Source of the DNA: Rhina ancylostomus
Lineage: Eukaryota
Assembly (NCBI GenBank): GCA_030265395.1
Contig: JARFYF010000056.1
Location: 10,393,617-10,457,616, forward strand
Direction of reading: 5' to 3'
DNA: 64,000 nucleotides
Positions 47,556 to 60,930 of the stretch are shown here, piece by piece. The translations under genes and the position numbers were made by a program. A model generated the notes under the pieces. That model ran no database searches and was not told the origin of the DNA. It saw only the letters and a program-made list of their open reading frames with translations. How positions within the stretch are numbered: position 1 is the stretch's first letter; each line of letters begins with the position of its first letter.

Positions 47556-50500
47556 TCACTTCTGGAGTTAGATTGTGATAAAGCACCCGAGAAAACTAAT
47601 CTGAGCAGCCGAAACGTGTTCCATGGGAGACAGTCAGATGGTCAGCCACAGAGCACAGGCCCCTCAAACTTTAAGAAAGTGGTAGAAGCAGCAGAGGAAT
47701 ACCTCACGTGTGTACCAGGCGGAAGCCGNNNNNNNNNNGTGTAAAAGTAAACGAGATAAACAGGCGCATCATGCGGAGGCCCCGTACACACTCCGGGGAA
47801 TGGGGTTGCCGTCAGCGACCTGCTTCGGAAGTGGTGGGGGACATGGGAGAATCGTAGAACTATGCAGGAGGCTGATCGACCCATTGTAATGGTGCTAGCC
47901 CTTTGAATGAGCAATCTGATTACTATCGAGCCGGTCTCCCAATTCCCACGAGACAGCTGATTGATCCGCGGCGAGTAATTTCATTATATTCAATCCGATT
48001 TTTAGCTTTAAAGCAGGGTCTGTATGGGCAGTTTCATAAGAGTTTGTAATATTAACGAACCGATGTAAGTTGACATAAGTTTGCACTGAATCACTTACAT
48101 TGTCATTTAGTAGGAAGGGATAAATTCCACGGACAATGCAGAACAAGATACTGTGCAATGTCCTATTCTCGCTGCTTATGAATTAACGAGCGGATCACAC
48201 GAGTCATTTAGGAAAATTATTGTGAATGACATTTTAATTTGAAGCATGTTGATCCAATCCCATGTCATGCATTTCATTGGGGCTTCGGTAACTAGAAGCT
48301 CAAAAAGATGTCGTTTACTAATCCTCGTACCTATTGCGACTAGACTTCAGTGGGGGGGGGGGGGATGGTGGGGGAATGGGAGGTGCGGGGCCGTGGGAAA
48401 AGGGATATTCCTAAATTTATAGAACGGACATTTCATGTTGTTTGCAACAGCGTTGCCTATTATTGACCCACCCTTGGCGCGGCCTATGTGCGAGGGAGGG
48501 GCTGCTTGTGGGAGTGCTGAGGCAGGGAGAGGCGCCACAATTACACCATATGTTTTTGGCGACTTTTTTTAAGAGCACCTTTTTGATAAAGCAACCTTGT
48601 GGAGCAGAACTTCGCCGTGAGATTTCACAATTCCTACTTCATTGAGCTGGATGACGGTGCATTTCAGGTGGACCTCCCGGTGTTATATCTTTTGTTTTGC
48701 ACGCCGTTTTCCTTGTGAGAGGGTTTAAAAACCCACAATTCTGACACACCCTCTGTCCCTCATTACGGACAAATTCAGCCGCACCCAGCTGAAGATACTT
48801 AAGGTAAAATAGGGATTCAGATCAACAGTCAGGCGAAGGTCGCAGTCACTGGGCTGATTTCACTGCAAACTGGAAAGGCAAAACCCATTTGTTAAATGTT
48901 CCTATAAAGTGAAGAAAAAGTAAACGATTGTCGAAGTTCCCTTCCCCTCGTCTCCTTCCACCACATCAGGGGGGATTCCACTGCCGGGACCTGCACGGCG
49001 AATGCCGGTAGGTTGGGCGGTCAGAAGGACTCTCGGGGTCTGGCGGCCGGGGAAAGGGATTTGGGTACTTTCTGTTTGTGTCGCTATGGTATGTGGCCCT
49101 GGGATGGACATCAGAGAGGGGGACTTTAACTGTGGAGAGGAAAATCCAACTGCTCACCCGAATTCAAGTTACCACATTAAGGAAAATGTTTAAGCAGCTC
49201 ATGTGGGAAATGTAACATCCTCATCGAGACCCCGCTTTGCTCCCAATGTTGGGAATGTCAGTCTCCACAATCCACACCCGCACAGAACTTTTATCCTGAA
49301 CTCTTGAACGAAGGTCCGTGTCTGGCACGTGGACCGGGCGTAGGGAAACCCGGCTCATCGTGGGACACGGATCTTGATGTTTAAGTAAGTTCTTGGCTGT
49401 TCTAGCGAACGGTTCCAGGGTCGTTTGGAAACGACATCTTTTGATAGGTGAGATGGCTAAATTTTAATCCCAGGCGAGAAGCGGGCAGGTTGTGCAGGGT
49501 TACTGATCGCTGGACTGAGTTATAAAAACGGCCACACAGCAAACACGCAAATAGTTGGGACGGGGAGGCAGTGCGTGAGGGCAGCCGATGGATAAACAGG
49601 GAAAACGGGATCAACTGGGCGCTGGGCCGATGTCAGAAAAACAAATGCCGAGAGTCCCGTGAGGAATGAAAGGCCCAGGATAAACAATGAAAGCAATCCC
49701 ACTCAATTGATAACATTTCTCTGTTGGTACGGTATCCGGAAAGTTGCCAGTACTGATGTAGCTACGAGAGACCATCAGCTCACCAGAACTTCTCGAACCA
49801 TTCATTCTGTCTATAACATTTTACTGTGGATCCTGCGGGAATGGGGGAAATACTCCAGATTATGTGCATTTCAACTGAAATAAATCAAACCTTAAATTTC
49901 CACATAATAATTTCGCCATCTTTTGTGAAAAAAAGTGACTATTAGCTACTTTCTAAATGATGACAATCTTTTGGATGTATTTCTTATAATGGAGATATTT
50001 TCAGTATTGGTCCATTCGCCACTTGATGTATTTGGAGTGGTTCTGTTTTTGTTTTTACCCAACAGTACTAGTGATATAAACACCGACAGACGTCGACTTT
50101 AGCGAATGGAAAGGTCAGGCAGATGCGTCAAAATAGAATTGGGACTGGTTTCTTTGAAAATAATTTGTCTACCTTTTTCGTTGGTACATGTGTCTGGGGA
50201 GTGGGAAATAGGCAAGAACAGGGGATCATGTATCTAATCGGTATCACAAAAACTTGGAGCCTATATTTAGCTGTAAGCAAGAGTTCCAACATAATCAATG
50301 TGCAGCAGTGGGTTAATGGTGGACAGCAGAGTTGGTTGCTGGGGATGTGGTTCACGACAGGTACGCTTCTCGGGGACTCCGATGGATGATGCTTGTTTAT
50401 ACCAAGTGAGAGTGAGATAAAATAACCATGATATACAGGTTTGTATGGAAGCGCGTCAGGTGGAACAGACCACTCTTTCCACAGATGTTGTCTGACTGCC

Positions 50501-50649
50501 TGAGTCTTTTCAGATTCTATTTCAGATTTCCAGCATCTGCAGGTTCTTCTTTAAAAAAAATCTTTCTGGTTCTAAACGACTCTCTTATTCTAGAGTTTCT
50601 GAGCTGTCTGAATCCCACCACCGCCTTGCAGCGGGTTTCCTAACACACG

Positions 50650-51435
50650 CCGTTAAACATTGGAGATAAATAAGTTTGCAGATGATATAAAAAAAATAGC
50701 CGCCTGCTCGACAGTGAGGAGGAAAACTTTAGGTTGCAGAATGATATCGATGGCGTGGTCAGTTGGGCAAAACAAAAAATGAAATGTGATGGGGAGAAAT
50801 ATGAGGATTGCATTTGGGAGAGGAACAAGACAAGGGGGCGTGTAGTAAATGGAGGGTATTGAGTGGTGTGAAGGAAAATACATAGAATGTACGTTCATTG
50901 GATCTTAAAGATCTGTCAATGTGGTGCAACTACAAAGGCATGTTGAATTGTTTCCTTTATTAACCAAACCATATAATATAAGAGCTGAGAGATTACAGTG
51001 AGGTAGGATGCAACACAAGACAGTCCACAGCTTGAAGAATAAACACAGGGTGTAATGCAGAGGATACTGACCAGCACTGGAAAACTTTAGCTTTGAGGAA
51101 GGGTTCTTGGGATTCTTTGGCACAGAGGCTAAGAGAGACTTGAGGTGTAGGCAAGGTACGTGGGCCCAGAAGGTCTAAGTAGGAACGACCTAATTTCTTT
51201 AGCGTAGTGATCAAAAACCATGGGGTGTAGATTAAAATAATTACAGAAGGATTAGAGAAGAGACCAGGGAACAAAGTCACCCAGAGTGTAATGTGGCCCA
51301 GGATATCACTGTCCAAAAGAGTGGGAGAGGTGGAAATCCTCAGCGCACACAAAGTATTTGGATGTGCTCTTTAAGAGCTGGAACTCTTAGGGCAGTGGAC
51401 CAAGTGCTAACTTGCATAGGCAGAATCTATGATTA
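50650..51435 (+). mobile_element. Degraded CR1-clade LINE (RT end to 3' tail)
   Basis: aagtttgcagatgat (KFADD), aggttgcagaatgatatcgat (RLQNDID) and cagttgggca, followed by decayed ORF2. Confidence 0.75.
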
Positions 51436-51559
51436 AGTCCTGTGGATAATTTCATTTCATCTGCTTCACTTGAATACTGTTGGCACAAATTAAGTTCATA
51501 ACATGTGAAATAAGATCTTAAAATATTGGAGCTGGGATTACCCATGGAACATGTTTAGT

Positions 51560-52845
51560 TTTGAAATAGTAATTTAGAGGTCTGGACTCAAAATAAGAGA
51601 TTGGAATTCAAATCCCAATATGACCTTTTGAGAAGTTGAATTCAATTCAAAACAAAATGGGGCCACTTGGCCACAACCGAGGCATGAGGACAGGGCCAGA
51701 TGCAGGCATGGAAAACCTAGTCAACTCTACAATGTCCTGCTCTGGGGACAGGTGCCAGAAATTGAAGAGTTGCCCTGTAGATGAGTCAAATTAGTCACAT
51801 TCACATTTGCAGTCATCAGACAGCATTCAGTCTTTCTTCACCCCCATCCCTTGATAGGACCAGTCATGCTAACGAGACTTACTCAGCAAAGATAGCAGCA
51901 CAGTTTAGGGAGAGATCCTGGGACTCAACATTTGTTCTTCATCTCATTGTGTCAGATTTTCAGCTCAAATAATAACTCCCCTCCCTCAGCCATTCATTCA
52001 ATATTTTGTTTTGTTCATTACCACTTGGAGGAAGCAGAGAATAGCAATGAGACTATGTGAGGGACTTTCCTGTTTTTCACCAAACATGACTGGATAGTCT
52101 TGCCATTGACTGAGCTGGCCTAGTCGTGAGGGAGCTATTTGCTAAGTTGTGACAGGTGATTAGATAACTGACTGAAGAATCGACCTAGTCCTGTTATAGA
52201 TATCTCTGAACACAATAGCATTGGCTAGAATGAGAACTGCACAGTCCTTGGGATGACCAAGTGGATTCTCTCCATTTTGGCATTTGCTGTTACCACAAGG
52301 TACGCTCACATGTCACAAGATCTGGACAACATCTAGATTTGGTTTGAAAAGTGGAGAGAAATACTTGGCCCCACCAGTGCCCAGCAAAACAATGACTTTC
52401 CCTTGATATTCAACGGCATTACCATCACAGGCATCTAACAACATTGAAGACAATGGGCTACTCCATTGACACATCAATCACAAACCTGAACATCCTCCTT
52501 CTCTACTTCCCATGATACAGTTTACACTGTTTACAGGATACAGTGCAGCACTTCCTTGAGGCTTGGCAAGACCTCCAAAACCAATGAATTCCATCATCAG
52601 GAGAGGACACAGGGGAATATCTTCACTTCCAAGATCCCTTCCAGCTCACTCAGCACCCTGATTAGGACACATACCACAGGTCATTCATAATCCTGCCATT
52701 AAATCTTGGATCTTCCTATAAATGATATCACATTGACTACGTGGGCCACAGCAGTTTAAAAGGGTTTTCACCAGGTCTTCAGGACATCTTGGGATGGGGA
52801 ATAACCACAGGCATCCTTTCAAAACCCACGACCTAAGAATATCTA
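51560..52845 (+). mobile_element. Highly degraded, internally deleted LINE remnant (CR1/L2 group)
   Basis: caagatctggacaacatctagatttgg...aagtgg (QDLDNI..W..KW-like) and cccttgatattcaacggcattaccatc; possible tRNA-like head near 51570-51650. Confidence 0.45.
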
Positions 52846-55110
52846 AATAAAAAAAATGTTGCTTGTGATGCTATTGGACCCTGGGGAGTAATTGATTTTT
52901 CTGGTGGAACTGACAATGAAAATATACCCAGCAAATCCTGTGATATAATAAAATGCGCATCCACTCAGATAGGAACAGTCTGGTTCAGCTAAAAATCTTT
53001 TACATTTGCTCCTGGGATAATTGCTAACAACAGCCATGAAAAGTCAGGATACATTGATAGTAATTGCTGATTCTGCAGGAGATTATAATTTGTTTGAACA
53101 TTTAGAATTATTTGGATTGTGATGTCAGCGAATTTTTCAGAAAAAGATCACCAATTCTAAGAAAGTTCATTTAATTACACTTTTACCTTCACAGCTGCGT
53201 AACTTGCAATGAGATTCTAAATAAATTTCCATCCATGACCTGCAATGGACAGTGAGTTCTAAACATGGTCACAACAACAATACCACCATGACAGCAATTA
53301 TTTGTTCTATACACATGATAGTTTCTGATCTCATTTGCACAGTGACAGAGATGTCTAGCACAAACCTGGAATATGTTCTGGGAATTGTTGGGAAATTACT
53401 CTGGGCCTTTTGTACCTTCCAAAAAGCAACACAGCTCTACAACGGGAGAAGCCTATGAGCACATTACATTCCTAACTTTGCACGAGAGAGATTGAAGCTG
53501 GAAAGAAGAATGTTTCTAAAAAAAAATAATATGGCACAGGAGATGTTTCTCTAACAACTTTCATTCAAGCTCTAAGCAGAATTTAAAAATATGTGAAATG
53601 AAATTATTGCAAAAGTCATCTGTATAACTCTAAATACTGGGCTGCCAGCCAGTATTTGCAACATATCTCAAACATGTTGCATTATGATTTATCAATATGA
53701 CCAAAAACTAATGTCAATTTCAGGTCACTATGCACTCTCACAGTTAGTAACCAGCCTTACATTTTTATTAATTATCTGGATTCAGCTGTTGTTGTTAAAA
53801 GGAGGGAAAATATTTGGAAAAAAGTGGTTTGTGTTGAATTTTTACCGGGTCATAACTTGGGGTCTTGTCCAACTTCTCAATGTAACAAATTTTCCTAAGT
53901 TCATTTCCTCTTGATCCCTTCAGGCAAGGGAACTGTCATGGTTCTGAGTTCTGGCCCTCAGTTTGGCTCCATTAATGCCTCGTTGTCCAGCACATGGATT
54001 CCATGCTGGACTGATTAGATAACAATACACACCTGAGCCCCATCAGGGGCCTAGCATANNNNNNNNNNNNNNNNNNNNNNNNNNNNNNNNNNNNNNNNNN
54101 NNNNNNNNNNNNNNNNNNNNNNNNNNNNNNNNNNNNNNNNNNNNNNNNNNNNNNNNNNCAGTCTTGTATCGGTGTGCCGCATTTGGGTTCTCTGTGAGTT
54201 TGCTCAACATTGTGACAGGAACATCCTCTTAGGGTGTCTGGGACAGCACATTTCTGAAGTCTCCTCCTGTTTTGGAGCATGACCTTCTGTTTGGATCAGT
54301 GCCAACTAGTCAAGTAAGCAGAGAAGTAATCTGGACATATTGTCAAATTGAAGATGCACTTTCACCGTGTGGAGAAGCTACCATCCACCCTGGATGTTAT
54401 TAAATGATTGTGTATCATCAATTGTGCTACTTCTCTGTGTGAATCCCTTTAAAAATATGAATCAGTTTTTGCATTTGCTGTTGTAAATTACAGCTATAAA
54501 ACTTCCCTCATGAGTATGTGTGGCTATTGGATAAAATAGCTGTTGGATTGTTTGAACATCTGACACAGCTCAGCAGTCAACTTGCACCAGGCTGCACACC
54601 AAGGCTTTGTGACACAGCTACTGAACATGGAAATATGGGGTTGGCTTGTCTAACTTTTTCTTTAAGCTGTGCTGTCTTTCAACACATCTGCTGCTGTTTT
54701 TATGTTGAACTTGCAGTGCTGGCCGTATCCCCTATTCTGTGGCTCTGCATCAATCTCATGCCATGGCCAGGAAACAGTATCCCACCTAATCTGACCAGCT
54801 GAAAGTCAACTATAAAATGTCCTTTATTTTCTTTGATGTTTAAACATTTGATACTCACCCTGCAACTGAGGGGGATCAGCAGTTAGCCTCCTCTCGCATT
54901 GCTCCAGTGTCTTTTAGCTGGATGAAAGCAGGACTGAAGAGCCATGGGTACCAAACTGTCCATTTTATTGTGCCAAATTATAAACCTGGCATCAGAAGTG
55001 TATCAGTTGAAGAAAAGAATTATCTGGATTACTTAAAAAAAAGTCTTCTGACTGTGGTAAACTTTTATCTATGGTAGCTGTGACTGAAGAACAGACCCCC
55101 AACATTTTCC

Positions 55111-57650
55111 TCTTCTTAGGCAACATCTCAGGATTGAGGATGAGGATGAGGATAACTTTCTTTCATTCTTGTTCTTTGCATTCTGAGGTGATTGATTCAG
55201 GCAATATGGGAACCTCAAATCTATCACAGATGGGGCAGGGGATGTCCATGGGTCAGGTGAGTGGGTAGGTTGTGAGGTGGTGCACCCCTTTCATCACTTA
55301 CTGTGGGCTTCAATGTGCTCCTGGCCGATGGACTCAAGGTTCTAAGTCCATCCCAACTGCTGCTCCTCCACTTTGAATGATCATGGGTCAGGACTGCGTC
55401 AGTGGGAGTGTTACGTATTTTCAAGGAGACTTTGAATCTTTCCCACCTGGTAATCTTTTCCCATGAAAGAACTCAGAACAGAGTGTACACTTCAGGTGTC
55501 TGTTGTTGTATGTGCCTAATGTGGCCTGCCCAACAGACTGACTGTGACTGTGTGTAATTAGCACCTCAATGCTGGGAATGTTGGCCTGGGAGACAACACT
55601 GAAATTGAGTCACTTAACTTTCCAGTGGATTTAAAGGAGACAGTACTGGTGGCATCTCGTCAGTGTGTTGAGGTGCCTGTTGTAAATTGTCCAAATCTCA
55701 AACACTTATAGAAAGGCAGGGATCACTGCTGCCCGGTAGACCACAAGTCGTGCTGGGTTTGAGATCCGGATCTTCCTATATCCTTTCTTTCAGTCCACCA
55801 AAGGCTGTGTTGGTGCACTGATGGCAATGGTGAGTTTCATCATCAACATCTGTCTTTGCTGGCAGGTGTTTCCCTGGGAAATGGTACCTACTTCCCAATG
55901 TCTTGCCAGGAAAAAATGACTTTCAGGGGGCAGTGTTGTACAGGAGGAACACATTGGTACAGGAACAAGTTTTGTGGATTTTGAGGGGAAGGTCCATCCC
56001 CTCATACACTTCAGTGAACAAGTCAATGATGCTTTGAGTTCAGCTTCCAATGTGCAAGTGTTGGCTGTGTTCTGGAGCTCAGATACCTTAGTTGGGGTGA
56101 CCTTGGTTCTGGAGTGGAAGCAATGAAGCTTGAACAGTTTCCCATTTGTTTGGTAAATTAATTTGCTCCAGTGGGAAGCTTTTTGGAAGGGAGGTATGGC
56201 ATTGTGGTGAGGAAGATTTTAAAAATTGGTGGTGTAATGATGAAACATTCCTTGACATTGGTCTACACTGGGATTGGCTCTGTTGTAAACCTGATGGTTA
56301 GGATCATGGTTTGCATATATTCATGAAGCAGGTTAATTTGAGAAGCATGTTCCATAGTTGGTCCCAGTAGACAGTCAAAGGCTTCATTGAGGTCAAAGCA
56401 CAAGTATAGTGTGGTTCCTTGCAACAATTCCAGGGAAAATGCACAGTGAAGATAAAATCCACTGTGCCTCAGGATGGATGGAATCCATGCTACAACTTGA
56501 AGAGCAGCTCTCTGGCCACTGGGACGTGACAGTTGAGGAGGACCCTGACGAGGACATTCCCTGTGACAGGCAGAAGGGAGAGTCCTCTGTAGTTGCCACA
56601 GTCACTTGTCTCCTTTCTTAATGATGGTCGTGATGACAGCATCTGAGGTCCCCTGGAGTATCTTCCTCTGCTCAGATGTGGGTGATGACACTGTGGATTT
56701 ATGACTGAAACTATCCACTGCCCATATTAGGATTTCTGCTTCTGAGGTTATTTTTTGTTGGAGTATGGCTCTGTCCACTTCTCAGTCAGGAGTGGCAGCT
56801 ACGTTGGGTCAAACAGTCTGCTGTAGGATGAAGTCAAAGGCACACATGTCAAGGGCAGAGTTGCAGTTGAGGAGATCTTGGCAGTTTTCCTGTCAGTGTA
56901 TGCTGACTGTATCTCTGTCCTTCATGGGTTCACCTCCATTCTTGGCTCTCAGTGGGGTGGGTCACGTGTTTGGGACATAGATGCACCTGCACACGTCAAG
57001 TCTAGCTGCTGGGTTACGGGTTACAGGCTTTCTGCTGGACCTTTGCCTTCAGGTGCTCCTATTGCTGCTTCTTTTCCCTTAAGGTGTGGTAGAACTTCGA
57101 ATCCAGGAACACCTTGTATTTGAGTTAATTAACTCCTGGTTCTCATTGTCAAACCTAATTGTTCTTGGAAGAGAAGCCAAGAATCTCTTCACAAGTGTGA
57201 ATTGTGGTGGGCTCTAGGCAGTGCAGAACAAAGTACTAGGTACATCTGTGTGTTCCTCGAGAGCCTCAGCTTTGTTTCTTATGGCAAGGTTTCTGTTGGT
57301 GCTGACATTTTGGGGCCAGGTTGAGGGAGATCAGAGTGGATTAGGAGGTGGTCTGTACAGCAGTCAGTACCATGGTGTGGGCAATACAGATATCTTTGCA
57401 GTCTCTCACTTAACCGGTGCCAGTGTCTGGACTGGGGTGTTGCCATGGGGTCTTGTACTTTTTCTCTTTGATGACAAGAGCATGCTTGAAGCAATTTGCC
57501 AGAAGGACTCCACCAGATTAGCTTTCCCTTGCCAGAGGGTTGCTTCTTTTCCCACCCTGTTGATCCAGTTCAAGGGGAATCAAGATAACTAGAGACGAGA
57601 TTCTGCTGCATGCATGTTAATGTGCTGGAAGTGTACACGAGGGTTTGGTA
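55111..57650 (-). mobile_element. Degraded RTE-clade LINE (endonuclease to C-terminal Zn finger)
   Basis: Minus-strand fragments: WQHP.SRHWH-like and TDC.TDH (APE domain), TAFG and VVYRAAVIPA (post-RT), CPICDR...NHLR, and 3' end gcctaagaaga. Many frameshifts and stops. Confidence 0.8.
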
Positions 57651-58879
57651 CATTGAAGGTAAAATGTCAGGGTCCAGAGCTCTTGCTTAGTCATACATAA
57701 ATAAAATAAGTTGAACAGTGTAGAGATAAAGCTTTCGTCTGATGATGTGCATTAACTGGATTTTAGGACAGAATATCAAAATATGCCAGCAGAGAACACC
57801 ACCAAACTAAAATTGATGCAACACCATACTTATTAAATGTGATTGCTTGTCATATCTGTTAACTTTTTATATATTTTTATTTAACACTTTCACTGTACAC
57901 AAATAATGATTAAACCTTTAGAAACAAAACCATTATATCCAGGGGTAAGATAGTACACCTGAAACAATATCACTGCGATAAGTCTTCAGTCTGAATACAA
58001 CCAACTCAGTCTGGGCTCAGACTGTAAAGTATCAAAAAAATTTCATGGAGAAGTTGGAACTGAATTGGACTGAACAGTTCCTGCAGTGCCTTCCATTCGC
58101 TCTGGCTGGGCTAGCTGCTGTTGCACTGGCTATCTTTGATTGTAGACACAGAACGTGTCCAATCATTGGCTCAGGTCACAAGTGCATTGGATCATTCAAC
58201 AAACAATATTGGGAGCATTTTAAGCTGTTACCTAACATGGTTTATTGATTTCAGCAAATTATCCTAACCTTTCTGGAAAGGTGGGCACAATCTGGGAATC
58301 TTGAGCAAAATTTTTACTACTTTACCTCCCTTCAACAAAGATGCAGAATTTCAGCATTTGCAGTGTGGCCAGAGTCAGACTTGCCTATGGAATGACCTTA
58401 AGTTTGGCTCATAGCTATGGCATGTTAAGGTGGAAGCATTAACTCCCTGCCACTTCTCCCCCTGCCTAGGCTGCCCATGGGTCCAAATTCACTTTACCTC
58501 TGAGTGATATCTGAATCGAATTTTTTAGTTTTTAAAGTATAGTTAGGAGATGTTGTCTTTCCTCAGAGTATTGATTATTGTTTAATTTACTAAATATAGA
58601 CTTGTTAAATCTTCTTCCTTGACTATTTTACTGGAATGTTATATTGACGAGAGTTTCTTAGTGGCCCAGTGCACTAGAACTTCTTTGTTTCACAATGGGC
58701 ATAACCTTCTGAGCAACTATGGCTTCGAAGTAAAGTCCATTCTGTATGGAGGAGCTATCTACTGATATGAACTTATAAACAAACCCAATGTAATCAGATA
58801 ACTAAAGAATGAATTTAATGCTATGTATGAAGATCATTACATATTTCAAGTATTTGTAATGTGCACAAGTTATAATCTA

Positions 58880-58885
58880 TTTATT
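58880..58885 (-). terminator. Candidate CFAP77 polyadenylation signal
   Basis: AATAAA on the minus strand 36 nt after the stop; distal alternatives at 58241-58246 and 57876-57881. Confidence 0.45.
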
Positions 58886-58921
58886 TGCAAATTGAAGGAA
58901 ATAGTTGGTTTAGGGATGGAT

Positions 58922-59044
58922 TTAGTTAAAGGCATAGACACCTTGCCCATTGGGACCGCTCCTTGCTGCAGAATCCAGCCAGTTAGCTTTGAAAGCTGCC
59001 TGACGAGCTTCAGCACTCCGGAATGTATCAAGGTGAGGTCCAAT
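58922..59044 (-). CDS. CFAP77: Cilia- and flagella-associated protein 77, last coding exon
   Basis: Strong acceptor tttttgttttgcacag. IGPHLDTFRSAEARQAAFKANWLDSAARSGPNGQGVYAFN* aligns without gaps to the recalled human C-terminus [40 protein letters not shown]; position and strand are syntenic. Confidence 0.85.
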   Translation of the reverse strand: MGPHLDTFRSAEARQAAFKANWLDSAARSGPNGQGVYAFN

Positions 59045-59844
59045 CTGTGCAAAACAAAAAGCAAAAGATATAACAAAGACAATGGTGTGTTTGGTCAGTT
59101 TGAAAAGGTACACTGCCTGAAGAAATGATCTTCAATATTCTGCCTGATAATTAAACAATAGTTTCCATGGCCTGCAGCCCTTCAAACAACTTCTACAAAC
59201 AGTTTCAATTTCATGATTTCACATTTGTCTGATTTTGAATTTTCAAGCCAAACTATTTTAGTTAACATAAATTATTGGTAGCAGTGATTCAGATAACACA
59301 ATCATCAGGTTTATAGCCGCTTACTTTAGATTCACGAAGTCTTTTAATTAAGACTCAGTGAAAAATCAAGTCGAACTCTTCCCTATAAAACGTTGATGCT
59401 ATTTCTTCTGAATTCTGTTTTTTCTCTATTCTCCATTTTTAAAGCTATAAATTGTGGGGTGTTTCTCAGCTTTTTCATTTCTCCATTCATAAGAGGAAAT
59501 GAAAATGTGATAGTAATTCAATGAAAAGAAGCAAATTTCACCAAAGTCATGCTGCAAGGAAATGCAAAGAATGAAAAACAAAGGTTAGTTTGACTACATC
59601 ATTGCATTGAAGGGGCTAGAAGACCAAATAATGCATTCAAATAGAAAACTGGAATAAATTATGCAAAATTGAAAAAAGTATTAAATAAATCTCATGCTTT
59701 CGTGAGAAGAATACACAATGACCACAGAGATCATTTTAAGGTAACAAAATAATTTAAAGTGTTGCACCCAGGGTGTTATTCTAACAAAGTAACACAGCAG
59801 TGTCCTGGGATGGCAACATTTGGCTTCCAAAAATACAACCATAT

Positions 59845-60340
59845 TATGCTCTGCCCATGACTGCAAGAAACCGCAGAGTTGTGGACACAATTCAGCACAT
59901 CATGGAAACCAACCTCCCTCCATGGACTTTCTCTACACTTCTTGCTGCCTCGGTAAAGCAGCCAGCATAATCAAAGACCCCAACCACCCTGGACATTCTC
60001 TCTTCTCCCCTTTCCCATCGGGCAAAAGGTATAAAAACCTGAAAGCACGTACCACTAGGCTCAAGGACAGCTTCTTTCCTGCTTTTATAAGACTATTGAA
60101 TGGTCCCCTAGTACAATAAGATGGATTCTTGAGCTCACAATCTACCTCATTATGGCCTTGCACCTTATTGTCTGGCTGCACTTTCTCTGTAACATTTTAT
60201 TCTACACTCCATTATTGTTTTCCCTTGTACTACCCCAATGCACTGTTGTAATGAAATAATTTGTATGGATAGCATGCAAAGCAAAGTTTTACACTGTACC
60301 TCAGCACACGTGACAATAATAAACTAGTTTACCAATTTAT
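59845..60340 (+). mobile_element. Rex1/Babar LINE 3' fragment
   Basis: CLGKAASIIKDPNHPGHSLFSPFPSGKRYKNLKARTTRLKDSFFPAFIRLLN is the characteristic Rex1/Babar C-terminus; 3' UTR ends aataaactagtttaccaat. Confidence 0.88.
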
Positions 60341-60804
60341 TCAGGCCAATGAACGACTGTCCACCAGCTCTAATACTCCCGGTATTCCGTGGATTCCCCA
60401 GTGAAATACTCCAGCTGAATGGTGCCTTCATTGCCAAGGCAAATTATTTTCAATGCCCTTCTGGAAATGAAAGTGGTCCTGGAGAACTGATTACTGATGA
60501 TGAGAAGTCACCTGTGGAAACTCTTATTGTGACTTCTTCCCTAATGTTGTTGATAAGCCAGTAAATGACCAGGTTAGATTTTTGGTAGTTTATGTACGTT
60601 GCTATTCTTCCACTTAGTCACATAGATCCCAAGGTCATAATGGTGCTGCACTATCTTTTGTTATGCATCATTTTGCCAAGACCTAGAGGTTGTGTATTTG
60701 GGGGCTCAACTGTTCCTCTCTATGAGAAAGAGTGAAATGAATTGGTTTGGCCCTGTTGTCCACTTCAGGAAGAAGCCAAAATGGACATCATTCTGTCCAA
60801 GAGT

Positions 60805-60930
60805 AAAACAGTGCAGATGCTGCAAGTCTGAAATTAAAACAGAAATGCTGGAAGTACATACCAGGGCAAACATCAGCTGTGGAAAGAAACATGTCAATGT
60901 TTCAGATCAATGATCCTTCATCAGAATTCG
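60805..60930 (-). mobile_element. Penelope-like terminal-repeat fragment with hammerhead-like core
   Basis: Minus strand reads CTGATGAaggatcattgatctGAAACattgac...tttccacagctgatg...ccagcatttctgttttaatttcagacttgcagcatctgca; same family as 47384-47555. Confidence 0.65.
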
